The notes under the pieces were generated by a model. That model saw only the letters and a program-made list of their open reading frames with translations, did not search any database and was not told the DNA's origin. DNA of 63,844 nucleotides, the filler included, from Folioceros fuciformis (lineage: Eukaryota), in the NCBI GenBank assembly GCA_049999805.1. It is 8 parts of 8 records of this genome, joined end to end, with 100 filler letters (N's around TTAATTAATTAA, not from the genome) between each part and the next. Parts side by side here need not be neighbours in the genome. Positions count along the whole stretch, not along the records: positions 9,777 to 19,594 come from JBNGIO010001375.1; positions 19,695 to 25,948 come from JBNGIO010001376.1; 6 more parts are not named here. One strand, 5' to 3'. Made by a program: the position numbers and the translations under genes. Of this stretch, positions 11,428 to 23,163 are shown one piece after another (position 1 is the first letter of the stretch; each line of letters opens with the position of its first letter).

Positions 11428-12412
11428 GAGTAGGTAGTGTTAGAAATCCATTCTGCAACAACCCAGAATGCGTGGACTACCTAGTAGGTTTGCTAACCTC
11501 ATTTGAATGTTGTACATTGTATAACACCTAACCGGTTCCTCTCAACGCAGGATTCAATAAAGGTCTGTGTACACTTTGTTCTAGGAGCTACTGATTCCTC
11601 CTTTCTCTGCAGCAACCAACAGACCAGGCCCTAGTCATGTGTTGTGGACAACTAGCTGCTCATGGACACATCTTTCAGTCTTCAACGCAAGACTGGCGCT
11701 TTCAAGACTGGCAGGGTAGAGTACTCGCACCACTGGCGAGTCAGTCGACTCTCCCTGCATGGGAACTATATATGGAGCTCTCTCAAAGGTCCCATTTAGG
11801 GAGGTGCCCCAATTAAATTCTCCCTATTTAAAAATTAAAAAAACTATTTTTATTTTTAAAAAAGCCTTAAGCAATTTTAAACTCATTTGCTTAAAAGTGA
11901 GAACAACAGGAAAAATGGGCTTGTAATATCCTAAAATCGTCTTTATGAGCAGTTTGTAATTTGTTTTTTTGAAAAAAGTAAATTTATGAAATTATAATGG
12001 AAAAGAATGTATTTTTGGAAAAGCCCTAATTACCATTTAGGGAGGGGTTCCATTTAGCCCATTTTTTAACTTGGTAAATATTTAGGAGTAGGACCGAAAG
12101 GCGCTATGTAGGGAGGACCATACGTACTTTGTTTGACTCTTCCTAATATATCCTTTTAGGAAGCTGGGTTACTTTTAAAGGCCCTGTTCTTGTGTTACCA
12201 AGGCAGGGAGAAGTCATTCTGTTGCTATAAAGTCGTTTTAAGTACGTACATACATACATACATGGCCTTTCAGCCTTGCCTATAATTAGGGCACCCGTGT
12301 AGACGAACACCTCTTTGCCCTAGCTCACGCTTCTCCATTTCGCAGGCTGCCTGCGCTCGCTGCCTCGGCGTCTTCGCCCGGTTCTTGCAGCTGCGTTCGG
12401 AAGCTCACCAAG

Positions 12413-13375
12413 ATGGTGAGTGCGGATTTGTGCCCGTGTGTTGGATAGTTGCCGTTTTGTGTCGACTGACGGTTCTCTTCGGCTGCAGCTGATTCCTAAG
12501 AAGAACCGAGTGGAGGTGTACAAGTACCTCTTCAAAGGTCTGTAGCTTGGTCTGCGCCATGTTTTGTGTGGTGGAGAGAGCGGTCGGTGTGTTCTAGGTG
12601 ATTTTGTTGCTGATTTCCCATGGTGACCGTGTGTGCAGAGGGTGTTTTATATGCTGAGAAGGACTTCAACGCTCCCAAGCATCCGGAGATTGAAGTCCCG
12701 AATCTCCAGGTATACTGGTAGTTGCATGTGCTGGTGGCTGATACGAAACCCTTGCACAGACCTGCGGCTTAACGGGACGTCTGATTTGTCCTGCAGGTTA
12801 TCAAGTTGATGCAGAGTTTCAAATCGAAGGAGTACGTGAAGGAGTCTTTTGCCTGGAGGCATTACTATTGGTACTTGACAAACGATGGCATCGAGTTCCT
12901 GCGGACTTACCTGAACTTGCCATCCGAGATCGTACCTGCCACCTTGAAGAAGTCTGCTCGGCCGCCAAGCCGGCCCATGGGACCTCCTGGCGGTGGTGAT
13001 AGACCGAGGTCGGTTGCCCTGATGTTTTTCTTCGTCGTTTGCCTTTGATTTCCTTATGTAGTCGCTCACATGAGCCCCTTGGTGATGCCTGTCGCAGGGG
13101 CCCGCCCCGTTTTGGTGATGGTGAGAGGGAAGGCTATCGTAGGGGCCCTCCTCGGGGACCCGGAGGGTTTGACAAAGGTGGAGCTCCAGGAGAATACCGC
13201 CCGGAATTCCGCGGGGTATGTATGTAGGAAGGGTGCTTCAGCAGTTTGTGGTTGTCTGCTGCTCCTTGTTTTGTCAATTGGTAACAGCCATTTTCATGTG
13301 TTGATTCAGGGTGGGAGAGGCGGATTTGGCCGAGGCGGCGGTGGTTTTGGTGGCTCAGCCCCTGCGTTGGAGTAG
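12413..13375 (+). CDS. RPS10: 40S ribosomal protein S10 (multi-exon; first coding exon is ATG only)
   Basis: Spliced product [93 protein letters not shown] with an RGG-rich tail. Confidence 0.97.
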
Positions 13376-13892
13376 ATTCTATCAGTGCAATTTTGATCAG
13401 TTACTGACGAGCTGTCGATGTTTTACTATCTCATTACATCCTGGCACATGGAGAGTGCTCAGGTGGGCAAACGCTGCACTAATGCACATGCAGAGTGTTT
13501 ACGTTTGCAAGGGCTACCCTGCCCTGCAATGGATTGGTCTTACACAACTTCGGATGGATTGAAAATGTAATGGAAAACGGTGGTTGTTAACAACATTTGG
13601 CGCCCATGCCGGCTCCGTGTTCCTCATCTGGTATCCTCGGTGCAGCAAGGCCGCTCGCCATCTTTCCTTCCGTCCCTTGCATTGGGAGAAGAGTGGTACA
13701 CACGAGCCTATAGTAGCTTCTCGTCGTAGTGTGTAGCCGTCTTGTACGTCTCTGCACACGGACATTCTCGCGGATCAGGATCTGACACTTCACTCTTTCT
13801 CCAACATTATGCGTTGGTGAAGTAGAGGGTCAAGAGACTCACGGACTTCGCTTTTGGCTGCATACGAAAAGTTCCCATGGCAGCACTTGCAT

Positions 13893-15092
13893 ATGGCTTT
13901 ATCGTGCCTTTCCAGGAGCAGCCTCCCGCTGAGGCCAGGTCTGAGGAATTCGTGGCAGCAGCATCGCAGATCAAGGGATTCTTTTAAAATGGAGTCTTCA
14001 AAGACTTGGTCATCGGGGCGGGTCCTGGGTCCAGCAGATCCGGGGGCCGATTGTTGGGACAAGCTTATGTTCTCAGGAGCCGTGGTGGTGGAGCAAGCTC
14101 CCGGCCATGGCTTCCGCATGTACTACTACGGGCGCGGGGGCCCTCTATGGAATCAGGGCGTGGAGCCCTTCAACGCGTCGCTCCCCACAGGCAGGGTTGG
14201 GCTGGCGGTGAGCTCCGATGGAACTTCCTTTGAGCGCTTCCGCGGCCCGCTGCCGGAGGGGGCTGTTCTGGATCCGGCCTCCGACCCTGCCGCCTTCGAC
14301 AGCGTCCATGTCGGGGTGAGCGATGTGCTGAAGGATCCGGGCTCGGACGCCTGGCTCATGTTCTACTTCGGCGGCAGCATGGAGGAGTCTGCCATCCCCT
14401 TCCTCCCCAAGCCCACGCGGGGCGCGAAGCTCCGTCCAGGCCTGGCCCTATCTCGGGACGGGCTGCTATGGGAGCGGGAGAAGAGGCCGGTGCTGGAGCT
14501 CGGGGCGGCTGGGGATTGGGACCAGAACGGGGTATCCTGGCCCCGGGTGCTGCCCCCCGCTGGCCCCGGCCAGGACTGGCTCATGACTTACCACACCCGG
14601 GAGTCTGGAGGGCTCAAGGGAGTCGGGTTCTTCTCGGCCGGGCTGGCGACATCGCCGGACGGCAGGCAGTGGGAGAAGCGGGGAAGGATACTTTCGGTAG
14701 GGGAGCCCGGGAGCTGGGATGAAGGAGGGGTGTCAGTGCGGCATGTGCTGAAGCTGGAGGACGGGTATGTGATGTACTATGAAGGATCGAATTTCGCTCT
14801 CGATTTTGCGGTAGGGTTGGCTACGTCCAAGGATGGGAGAGTTTGGGAGAAGGATCTGGAAGCAGGGCCGGAGCCCGGAGGGCCAGTGTTGAGAGCAAGG
14901 AAGGGGGAAGAAGTGTGGGATAATGTGATTGTGGGGACTCCCTATGTCATGAGGCGAGAGGACGGTAGTCTCTACATGTACTACTTGGGAATGGGGAAGA
15001 GGCAAGGAGGAGACGGGAAGCTCGAGTGCGGAATCGGGCTCGCTGTGGGCCACGTGAAAGATTTCCGGAAGTGGAAGAGACTCAGCGAGTAG
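13893..15092 (+). CDS. Five-bladed beta-propeller glycosidase-like protein (arabinanase/levansucrase/invertase superfamily), intronless, probable plastid transit peptide
   Basis: Repeated blades MYYYG..GLAVSSDG..F, MFYFG..GLALSRDG..W, GLATSPDG..W, MYYEG..GLATSKDG..W; Ser/Arg-rich N-terminus from the first in-frame ATG at 13893. Confidence 0.82.
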   Translation: MALSCLSRSSLPLRPGLRNSWQQHRRSRDSFKMESSKTWSSGRVLGPADPGADCWDKLMFSGAVVVEQAPGHGFRMYYYGRGGPLWNQGVEPFNASLPTGRVGLAVSSDGTSFERFRGPLPEGAVLDPASDPAAFDSVHVGVSDVLKDPGSDAWLMFYFGGSMEESAIPFLPKPTRGAKLRPGLALSRDGLLWEREKRPVLELGAAGDWDQNGVSWPRVLPPAGPGQDWLMTYHTRESGGLKGVGFFSAGLATSPDGRQWEKRGRILSVGEPGSWDEGGVSVRHVLKLEDGYVMYYEGSNFALDFAVGLATSKDGRVWEKDLEAGPEPGGPVLRARKGEEVWDNVIVGTPYVMRREDGSLYMYYLGMGKRQGGDGKLECGIGLAVGHVKDFRKWKRLSE

Positions 15093-15139
15093 GAGGGGAA
15101 TGAGACTTCACGTTTCTCAAACTGGAGAGAATTCGTGCA

Positions 15140-16048
15140 TCAAAAATCATAAGCTTGCAGGGCGGAGAGGGAATCCGTCCGCATCTTGAGAGGCTTGAGG
15201 CTAGGTGACCCTGGCTGCTTAGATCTAGCTTCTCTGAACTTAGTCCATTGCCGCAAGCTTTCCATCTGGCATCGGCTTAAGCAGATGGAGGGACGGAATT
15301 CCTTGATCCACCTCTCCCCTGCCTGCCATGTCTCAACAAATCCTGAAGCTACTAGAAGGGCGCACATCATCGTCACGCTCCTTCCATGACCTGCGTACTT
15401 CGTGTGTGAGGAGCTTTGAAATGTATAGGTACACCACCCGAGCCGCTAGGTCCAGAAGGATCAAGGATGATATCAAAAAACTTTGAAAGTAGTAGAAACA
15501 AAGAACCTACCAAACGCGCAGTGGATGAAGATGGAATGGTTGAGGCGTCGCTTATGCAGACACCAGCGCACGCAGAGCTCAATCTCGTCCGGGCGGGGAC
15601 CCCGAGAATCCCACACCCGTACGTTCAGGTAAGGCCCGCGGGTGGAGAAGGCGGGTCTGGGAAGCTCGCAGGTGCAGTCCACCACAGCAGGGTTGCCTGG
15701 AGGCAACTGGGACGCGTTGCAGGGCCAGCCTCCGACGTACAGGCCATCAGCCACTTCTGTGAAGATGGCCTCCCGGTCCTTGATTCGCCGCAACCTCACG
15801 TACGCCCGGAGCGGATACAGATATGGATAGAAGAGCAGATGCGACCACACCGGGAATGTGCCCTCAGGATTCTTGCCGAACAGGAAGGTGAAGTTGATGG
15901 AGGGATGCGAGGACGCGGCAGCTGTCAACCCTACCAAGGAAGCATGCAGAAGGATGTAGCGCACAACAGTTGGCAGGGTGTCCTTCACTGCCATGAACCC
16001 TCCAAATACTGCCACAGTCGGCACCAGAATCACTGTCGTGATCCCCAT
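15140..16048 (-). CDS. Dual-specificity phosphatase with N-terminal membrane helices (YnbD-like)
   Basis: Exons 16048-15511 and 15390-15140 join to form the CX5R active site IHCAFGHGRS; also EVADGLYVGGWP and VVDCTCELP. Confidence 0.88.
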
Positions 16049-16357
16049 CCTTCCCCGAGCTGTAGAATGCGCGACCTCTACGTCGATCTTGCTTTCTTCT
16101 TAGCTCGAGCCTAGGTTGGGTACTAGGCTTGACTCCGGGTTAGGACCCTACATTGGGTTGATACCCTAACAGCATCTTAAACTGAAATGAGACAGACGGG
16201 ATCGCGCCCGCCTGTTGTTGCGGAATCTCCATCTCATCGCCTTGCGCCACAAACAGGAGCGCAGGCTGGAGCTCGGAATCTGCGGCGATGCTCGATGCTC
16301 GTTCGAGACTGACGGAGTGAAATGGAGGGCTTCTGCTTGCAGAAGTGAGGTTGCAGT

Positions 16358-18259
16358 ATGGAGATGCCGGGGATGCTGCAGCGGCCGGCGGGGCAGGCCA
16401 CTTCGCTTGTAACGGGTTTCAAGTCTGGGTTCCTGCGTGCGGAGAATGTGTGGTGTTTCCACCGCCATAGCCGGAGCTTGAAGCTCGTTACGGGTGTTTC
16501 TGCTTCCTGTTCCAGGCGCGGGAGGAGTGTTGTTCGGGTTTCTTCCAACGCAGCAGCAGCGGCTTCCACTCCCGTGCTGGAGGCGGCCAGGTCTCCGGCC
16601 GGGGCCGAGGAGGGAGGGGATGGCGGGGGAGGCCCTGCCGCCGGAAAGCTCAAGGTGATTGTCGTGGGAGCTGGAGTAGGAGGCCTGGCTGTGGCAGGGA
16701 GGCTGGCCAACGAGGGATTCGATGTCCAGGTGTTGGAGAAGAACGCGGAGGTAGGAGGCAGGCTGCAAAGCGTGGAGCTGGAGGCGGATGGAAAGCGGTA
16801 CAGATTCGACACCGGGCCGAGCCTGCTGCTCTTCCCGCAAGTGTATCGGGACGCGTTTACGGCCGTGGGAGCGGATTTGAGCTCTTATGTGGACCTGAAG
16901 AAGGTGCAGCCGGCGGCGTACCGCGTCTTCTTCGGCCGGGAGGAAGGATGTGGGGAAGATCCCACTCCCAACTGCCGCAGCCTGGATCTGCTCTACGACG
17001 TGCAGGCCATGTGTGAGCAGGTGGAGAAGGTGGAGCGGGGAGCTGCCGCGGCCTACCTCCGCTTCCTGGCCAAGAGCAAGGCCATGCTGGACAACTCGGT
17101 GGACGCAATCATCAAGCGCGACGCTCGCAACCTGCTCCAGTACGGAGCGAACATGCTGCAGATGCTGCCGGTGCTACAGCATGCTTCTCCACTGGAGCTT
17201 CTCGGTCCACACGACAACATACTGGCCGGCTTCTTCTCCAGCCCTAAGCTGCGCTCGCTCTTCACGTTCCAAGACCTGTACGTTGGGCTCAGTCCTTACA
17301 GCGCACCGGGCGTCTTCAGCCTGCTGGCGGCCACGGAGCTGGTAAACGGGGTGTGGTATCCGCCAGGCGGATTTGTGGCCATCCGGGACGCGCTGCTGCA
17401 GGTGGCTGTGGAGCGGGGGGCGCGCTTCCGCACCGCGGCGCCGGTGCGCGCCATCGAGCAGGCGCGGGGTAGAGTGTCCGGCGTCACTCTCCAAGACGGC
17501 TCCTTCCTCCCCGCCGACATCGTGGTGGCCAACGCGGACTTGCCCTACGTCTACAACAAGCTTCTGTCGGACTCGAGCTCAGGACGGCCCGGCGATGGCA
17601 GCAATCCCCAGCCCGGGACCAGCCGCGGGAGGAAGCTGGCAGGCTGGGACTACAGCGCGGGAATTATCTCCTTCAACTGGGCCATGTCCGGGAGGTTGCA
17701 GGGGCTGATGCACCACAACATCTTTCTTTCAGACGCGTTTCAACGGAGTTGGGAGCGGGCCAAGGACCCTGGCACACTCCTGCAGCATCCGAATTTCTAT
17801 GTGCATGCCCCTGCCAGGACCGACCCCAGCGCCGCTCCCGAGGACGGGGACGCCATCACCGTGCTGGTGCCTGTGGCACACCTCGGGGAGGGATACGATG
17901 GAGACCCGAGCAAGGATAAGGCTATGGTGGCGGCCACACGGGCCGCGGTGCTGGATACCCTTGCCAAGGCCGGGATCGGGGATCTCGAGGACAAAATTTT
18001 GAGGGAGTTTGTGTACTCCCCACCCCTGTGGGAAAGCACCTACAATCTGCAGAACGGGGCCGCCTTTGGCCTGGCGCACGGTTTTTTCCAGCTCGCTTTC
18101 TTCCGCCCAGATGTAGCTGATGCCTCCGTCCCGGGGCTTTATTTTACAGGAGCCTCCACCAGGCCCGGGAATGGTGTCCCGTTGGTGCTCATGGGCGTGG
18201 ATGTTACTGCCAAGCGCATCTTACAGGACGTGAAAGATGGCGTTCTCGGACATGCTTGA
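16358..18259 (+). CDS. crtI: CrtI-type (bacterial/fungal-like) phytoene/carotenoid desaturase with probable plastid transit peptide, intronless
   Basis: VVGAGVGGLA..LEKN..VGGR FAD fold, YRFDTGPSLL, FTFQDLYVGLSPYSAPGVFSLL, GVWYPPGG, ADIVVANAD, FYVHAP..TDPSAAP, GAAFGLAH..FRP, GLYFTGASTRPGNGVP; about 95-aa Ser/Arg/Ala-rich N-extension. Confidence 0.88.
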   Translation: MEMPGMLQRPAGQATSLVTGFKSGFLRAENVWCFHRHSRSLKLVTGVSASCSRRGRSVVRVSSNAAAAASTPVLEAARSPAGAEEGGDGGGGPAAGKLKVIVVGAGVGGLAVAGRLANEGFDVQVLEKNAEVGGRLQSVELEADGKRYRFDTGPSLLLFPQVYRDAFTAVGADLSSYVDLKKVQPAAYRVFFGREEGCGEDPTPNCRSLDLLYDVQAMCEQVEKVERGAAAAYLRFLAKSKAMLDNSVDAIIKRDARNLLQYGANMLQMLPVLQHASPLELLGPHDNILAGFFSSPKLRSLFTFQDLYVGLSPYSAPGVFSLLAATELVNGVWYPPGGFVAIRDALLQVAVERGARFRTAAPVRAIEQARGRVSGVTLQDGSFLPADIVVANADLPYVYNKLLSDSSSGRPGDGSNPQPGTSRGRKLAGWDYSAGIISFNWAMSGRLQGLMHHNIFLSDAFQRSWERAKDPGTLLQHPNFYVHAPARTDPSAAPEDGDAITVLVPVAHLGEGYDGDPSKDKAMVAATRAAVLDTLAKAGIGDLEDKILREFVYSPPLWESTYNLQNGAAFGLAHGFFQLAFFRPDVADASVPGLYFTGASTRPGNGVPLVLMGVDVTAKRILQDVKDGVLGHA

Positions 18260-18955
18260 ACCCTGGAGAGAAGGGTCTAATTCCTGGACGAAGGTGTAAC
18301 GGTAGGTCCTACAAGTAGGATACGAATTGTGTGATGCCAAGAAAGCATCAACTTGTCGCAACTCGAATACCCTACCATCCTCGTTTCCTTACGACCTCCA
18401 CCTCTAGGCAATTAGAATTTGGACAGGACGGAACGGCGTACATGAAATAGGTCAGCGGCTGCCGCACTTGGAATACTGTAGAGTTGTTACCGGAATTGAA
18501 CTACATAACCTGAACCATTTTTTTGTATTTTCAATACCTACACTAAGGGCCCATCACGGTACCTTAGGTGATCACAGGACCCTAAAGGACGAGGACATTA
18601 TATGAGGGTTGTGAGTTCAATTTTACCGTATTTGTAAATACTTATAAAAAATAGGGGATTTGGTTGTGTCAAATAGGGCTTACTCTCACAATCACTAGCT
18701 TTAAAAGTCTTTGACACAAGGAAAATGGCTTTATCCCAATTTGTACTTCTTCCACAATTTTCAAGGCATTACAAGCTTCCTCGGAAAGGAATGACCTTAC
18801 ATGCACTTCTTAATTTTTGAGTGCTCAAAGGAGTAGATTTTTTATTTTATTTTAGGAAAATAAGATGAAAAAATTAATCTACACATAGAGAGGAAGATAA
18901 ACCGTGATAGGGACATTAGGGGCTAACCGCTTGAAGCCTAATGACTACCAAAGTG

Positions 18956-19018
18956 CTCAAATAGGTCATTTCTTTGCTCTCAAACCTCAAATAGGTCATT
19001 TCTTTGCTCTCAAACCTC
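18956..19018. repeat. 30-bp tandem duplication
   Basis: ctcaaataggtcatttctttgctctcaaac at 18956 and 18986. Confidence 0.9.
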
Positions 19019-19161
19019 TAGACTAAATGGACCTCTAATATAGGAAAACAAATTATAAATTTACTTTCATAAGTTGATGGCATATGACCATATGTAGAGT
19101 CACATATTAAGACGTCTGATCATTCAAAAGTTAAATTTCTTAGGCCAAGACTTGTGCATGC

Positions 19162-19274
19162 AATTGTGCAATTACATGTGGTAGCATATTTCATATGTAA
19201 AACAGGAAGAGAGGGAAAATTGTGCAATTGCATGTGGTAGCATATTTCATATGTAAAATAGGAAGAGAGGGAAA
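19162..19274. repeat. 56-bp tandem duplication in AT-rich, probably TE-derived DNA
   Basis: aattgtgcaatt(a/g)catgtggtagcatatttcatatgtaaaa(c/t)aggaagagagggaaa at 19162 and 19218. Confidence 0.9.
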
Positions 19275-19594
19275 AGTTACTTCAAGGTATGAATTGGGAT
19301 TCTGCCTTTTGCTACTAGAAAATTAGGATTAAAAGTGATGTGTATAGTTTACTAATGCCATCAATATAAGATTGGGCAATATGATTGACAACTTACAATA
19401 ATGAAACAATGTGCCCTAGTTGTAAATAATATCTCACAATAGAAATCGTCTACACAAAAGTTCTCCATGATATTATAAACATCTCACACAACATAAAAAT
19501 ATATTAGTTGGTGTCAATCGTATTAGATGGTGTCAATTGCCTAAACGAGAAAAGGCTTCATATGTGTCAATCATGAAGTGTCATGTCACTTAGC

Positions 19595-19694
19595 NNNNNN
19601 NNNNNNNNNNNNNNNNNNNNNNNNNNNNNNNNNNNNNNTTAATTAATTAANNNNNNNNNNNNNNNNNNNNNNNNNNNNNNNNNNNNNNNNNNNN
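19595..19694. other. Artificial contig linker
   Basis: N44-TTAATTAATTAA-N44. Confidence 0.98.
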
Positions 19695-19706
19695 GGCACA
19701 GCTCAC

Positions 19707-19993
19707 CCTTGCTGTATGATCTTCCCAGCGCCCATGGCGTTGTGGCCAACCTCGCTGTTGCCCATGTCGGAGTCGCTGGGCAGCCCCACAGCCTTCCCGT
19801 GGGCCTTGATGGTGCGCCATCGCTCAGGTGCAAGGTTCTTGAGCGCGCGGATGGTGGGAACATTGGCCTTGTACACCCCGTTCCAGTCGTCCTCCACATT
19901 CTCCCCCCAGCCGTCAAGCACCATGAGCAGAAAAGGCTTGCCCCGCGGAATCACAGGGTGCGGCTTCAGCGCCCATTCCGTCGACTGCACCAT
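19707..19993 (-). CDS. iPGAM: 2,3-bisphosphoglycerate-independent phosphoglycerate mutase, first exon (rest lost in gap)
   Basis: LMVLDGWGE...AHGKAVGLPSDSDMGNSEVGHNAMGAGKI followed by a GTGAG donor at 19706. Confidence 0.93.
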
Positions 19994-20640
19994 CTCGGCC
20001 CAGTCTCGCAATTCCCGATGCCTCGCAGATCGCTCGGAGCCGCAGGCCAGGCACGGGAAGACGCAGCACACGCAAACGCATGAGCCGAGGCCTCTACACC
20101 AGCAGCTAGGTAGGTAGGTAGGCAGGTAGGCGGGAAGGTAGGCAGGAATGTAGGCAGGAAGGTAGGTAGGTAACTTCAATGCTCCAATCAGAATATTCGG
20201 TCTCCTAAACTCCGCCCCTTACATACACTTCACACTTCACACGCCTCCTAATTCTTTAGGGATTCTTTTCATGCTGCGCCTGTGCAACTCTTGACGCCAC
20301 AGCCCCATTCCTTTACACTACTCCACGATCACCTGTCCATAGCATCAGCCATTTTAAGATCCGTTTACATTACGTTACGTTTCTCCACCCAAAGGTTGTT
20401 TGAGCTAACAAACATAAACTAGCTTACGCTAAGCTTTGGCCATTGCTGGGAGATGAAGACGAGCCTACCCTTGAAGGCAGAGTGGGCCGACAGCACAAAG
20501 ACATTTTTATGATGGACGAATCGCGTGTCAGGGGCAATGCGTCTAAACAGTATATGGCATTCCACTTCATGATTCTGACGAGAGCCGGAGCACTACAATG
20601 CAGTGTACAAGTCTTATCTCAAAACTAGCGGATCTCAAAA

Positions 20641-22210
20641 TCAAACATGATTCCATTCCGACAGGGAAGGTGTTGTGGAGGCTAGGAACGTGGCCGATTG
20701 GCTCTTGTATCGACCGCCTTGGATATCCTCCAATGGAACAGCTTGCTCGATCTCAACAATCTCCTCCTGGGAGAGTTGGATGTCAAGCGTCCCAATGTTT
20801 GCGTCGAAGTTCTTAATCTTGGTTGTTCCTGGAATGGGCACCACATCGTCCCCCTTGTGATGAACCCAAGCGAGAGCCAGCTGGCCTGGCGTTTTCCCCT
20901 TCCTGCTGCCAATCTCTACCAGTTTGTCATAGAATGACTGATTGCGCTGGAAATTCTCACCCGAGAACCGAGGAATGCTCTGCGGGAAGTGCACGCACCA
21001 CCGGTTGTCTTGTCAATGATAAGTAACTTGAGAAAGCCCACAGTTCCTTTATGAAAGGACTTTGGGAAAGGCATCTCAAAAGCACAAGTGGCAGCCAACC
21101 CAACCTTCCGGAAGTCGGAATCAGTAAGCTCGGATGGCTTCACCCCGGAAAAGAAGCCTCTACCGAGAGGACTGTAAGGCACAATGCCGATTCCAAGCTC
21201 TCTGCATGCATCCATTGCAGGCCACAACATGATGTAGAAGAGGCTCTTAGGGATTTGCCTTGTCACAGAAAAACGTTTGTGAGTGTGGAGATGGAGGAAC
21301 ACACGTCTCTGAGCATACCAACCAACCTGCAGAGAGGGATGATCTCTTCCTCCACGTCCCGGGTCCAGAGAGACCACTCCAACTGCACTGCCGTGATGGG
21401 ATGTACCGCATGCGCCCGGCGGATGGTGTCCGCGGACGCCTCAGACAGCCCAATGTACTTCACCTTGCCTTCCTCCACCAATTTCTTCATCTCCCCAACC
21501 TACGTGTAACATGTGTATTGATTGCATTGCATACCCCCAATCTCTCAGAGCTGGACCTCTCAAGAAGCAAGTCACAATCTGCAAGGCGACTACGTGCATG
21601 GCACCTGCGACGTACTATCAGATTCTTCAAGTCAGCGTCCACCAGGGCACGGAATTCGGGTTCCTTCTCTTACCGTGACTTCAATGGGCACGCTGGTATC
21701 GACTCGATGCTGGTAGAAGAGATCAACGTAGTCCACGTCCAGACGCTTCAAGCTCCCCTCCAGCGCAGCTCGCACGTACTCGGGGTCCCCCCTTACCTGG
21801 AGGTTGTGCGTTTCTGGGTCGAAGCCAGAGATGCCGAATTTGGTAGCCAGCTGAACCTTGTCCCGCGCGATCCCCTTGATGGCCTGCCAGACACACTCAC
21901 AGCGGTTCCAGCCACGGCCAATTCAACACGACGCGCCTGGCCCAACATTGAGACCGATTGAATTCCGTGACAAGGAGCGTGACAAGCTCACCTTGCCCAC
22001 CAGAACCTCGTTGGTAAATGGCCCGTACACGTCGGCCGTGTCGAGGAATGTGACACCAGACTCCACCACGTGGTGAATGAGCTGGATCATGTCCGCCTCT
22101 GGCTTCGCCGGCCCGTAGGCGGACGACATCCCCATGCATCCCAGCCCCTGTTTCGACACTTCTAGTCCTTGCGATCCCAGCTTCACTCGCCTCACGTTGA
22201 TGGCCGCCAT
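20641..22210 (-). CDS. Aldo-keto reductase (auxin-induced/IN2-2-like), multi-exon
   Basis: [101 protein letters not shown]. Confidence 0.95.
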
Positions 22211-23163
22211 GTCAGTGTGTTTGTGTCGGTGTCCGCCTCAGCTTCGTAACTTCAGGTGTATGTGTCTGTGCTGTAAGGCAAGAATCTGGGGTATTTATGG
22301 TGGCAGCATCGCGCCACACCCCGACAACGGGAAGCTTCTACTCTTGTGGACGGTCAGCTTCGCACTAGCTTCGTTCGGCCCTCCAATCGGCCTTCGTCCA
22401 GACTCGTCCGGGTATTGCTGGATAACTGAGCCAACTTTTGGGCTCCCTGAAAAACACAGCTTTGAGGTCGGAGCCTGAACCAGGTTTCTGGAGTAGGTAC
22501 ATTTGAGTTGAGTAACTCAGTCCTCCTTCAACGCGGTCAAGGGTTGCCAGATTTCAGACTCTGTCTACCCTCTGAGTCTTGCATGGGTGGAGCTTGTGAT
22601 TCAAATCCGAGATTGTCGAAGTCGCACCACTAACATCTCACAGGCAGCCAGTGACTGAGCTCTGCTGTGCTCTGCTCTAGATGTAGGATGCGAAGAACGG
22701 CAGAGACGAGGCCCAGGTTGGTTTGCCTTCAGCCAAGCAATCATGCTCAGGTCAGCACAATCTTTCGACACACACACTCTCCCTCATGAAGCATGGAGCT
22801 CTGTGCAATGCCATACACAAAACTGTAGTTTCCCGGGTACAGTAGGCCATTGCAAGGCCAACAAGCGAATATCATTGGAAACCTGCTTTGCATACAGTCA
22901 TGTTTGAATCTTCATTGAGGGAAGAGATGGAGTAACCCATCCAGTACCAAAGGATAGGAAAGGAATGGAGGCCAACTCCAAATCTATTCGTGAGACATGC
23001 GTGGCTTGAGATGCCAGCTCTGTCAAGCTAATGAGGGAGAGCGCACAAAAGCTACAAATCTGGAAGATGACGCGAACCTCCTGAAGCGCGGAATCGGGCA
23101 GGGACATAGAAAAACTTGTTCCTGCGCAATTCCAGAAAGATGACCAGTTTCCGAGACAAGAGG

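Noticed and set aside
11770-12125. Possible MITE upstream of RPS10
   Set aside because: AT-rich with repeated CCATTTAG words, but the terminal inverted match is too weak and no TSD is evident.
15416-16840. Long antisense ORFs (15416-16114, 16166-16840) and similar ones elsewhere
   Set aside because: Shadows of GC-rich sense coding regions, with no independent motifs.
20100-20179. YLPAYIPAYLPAYLPT repeat as the iPGAM N-terminus
   Set aside because: A simple (TACC)-type repeat upstream of the first in-frame ATG (19993); the ORF start is a TTG.
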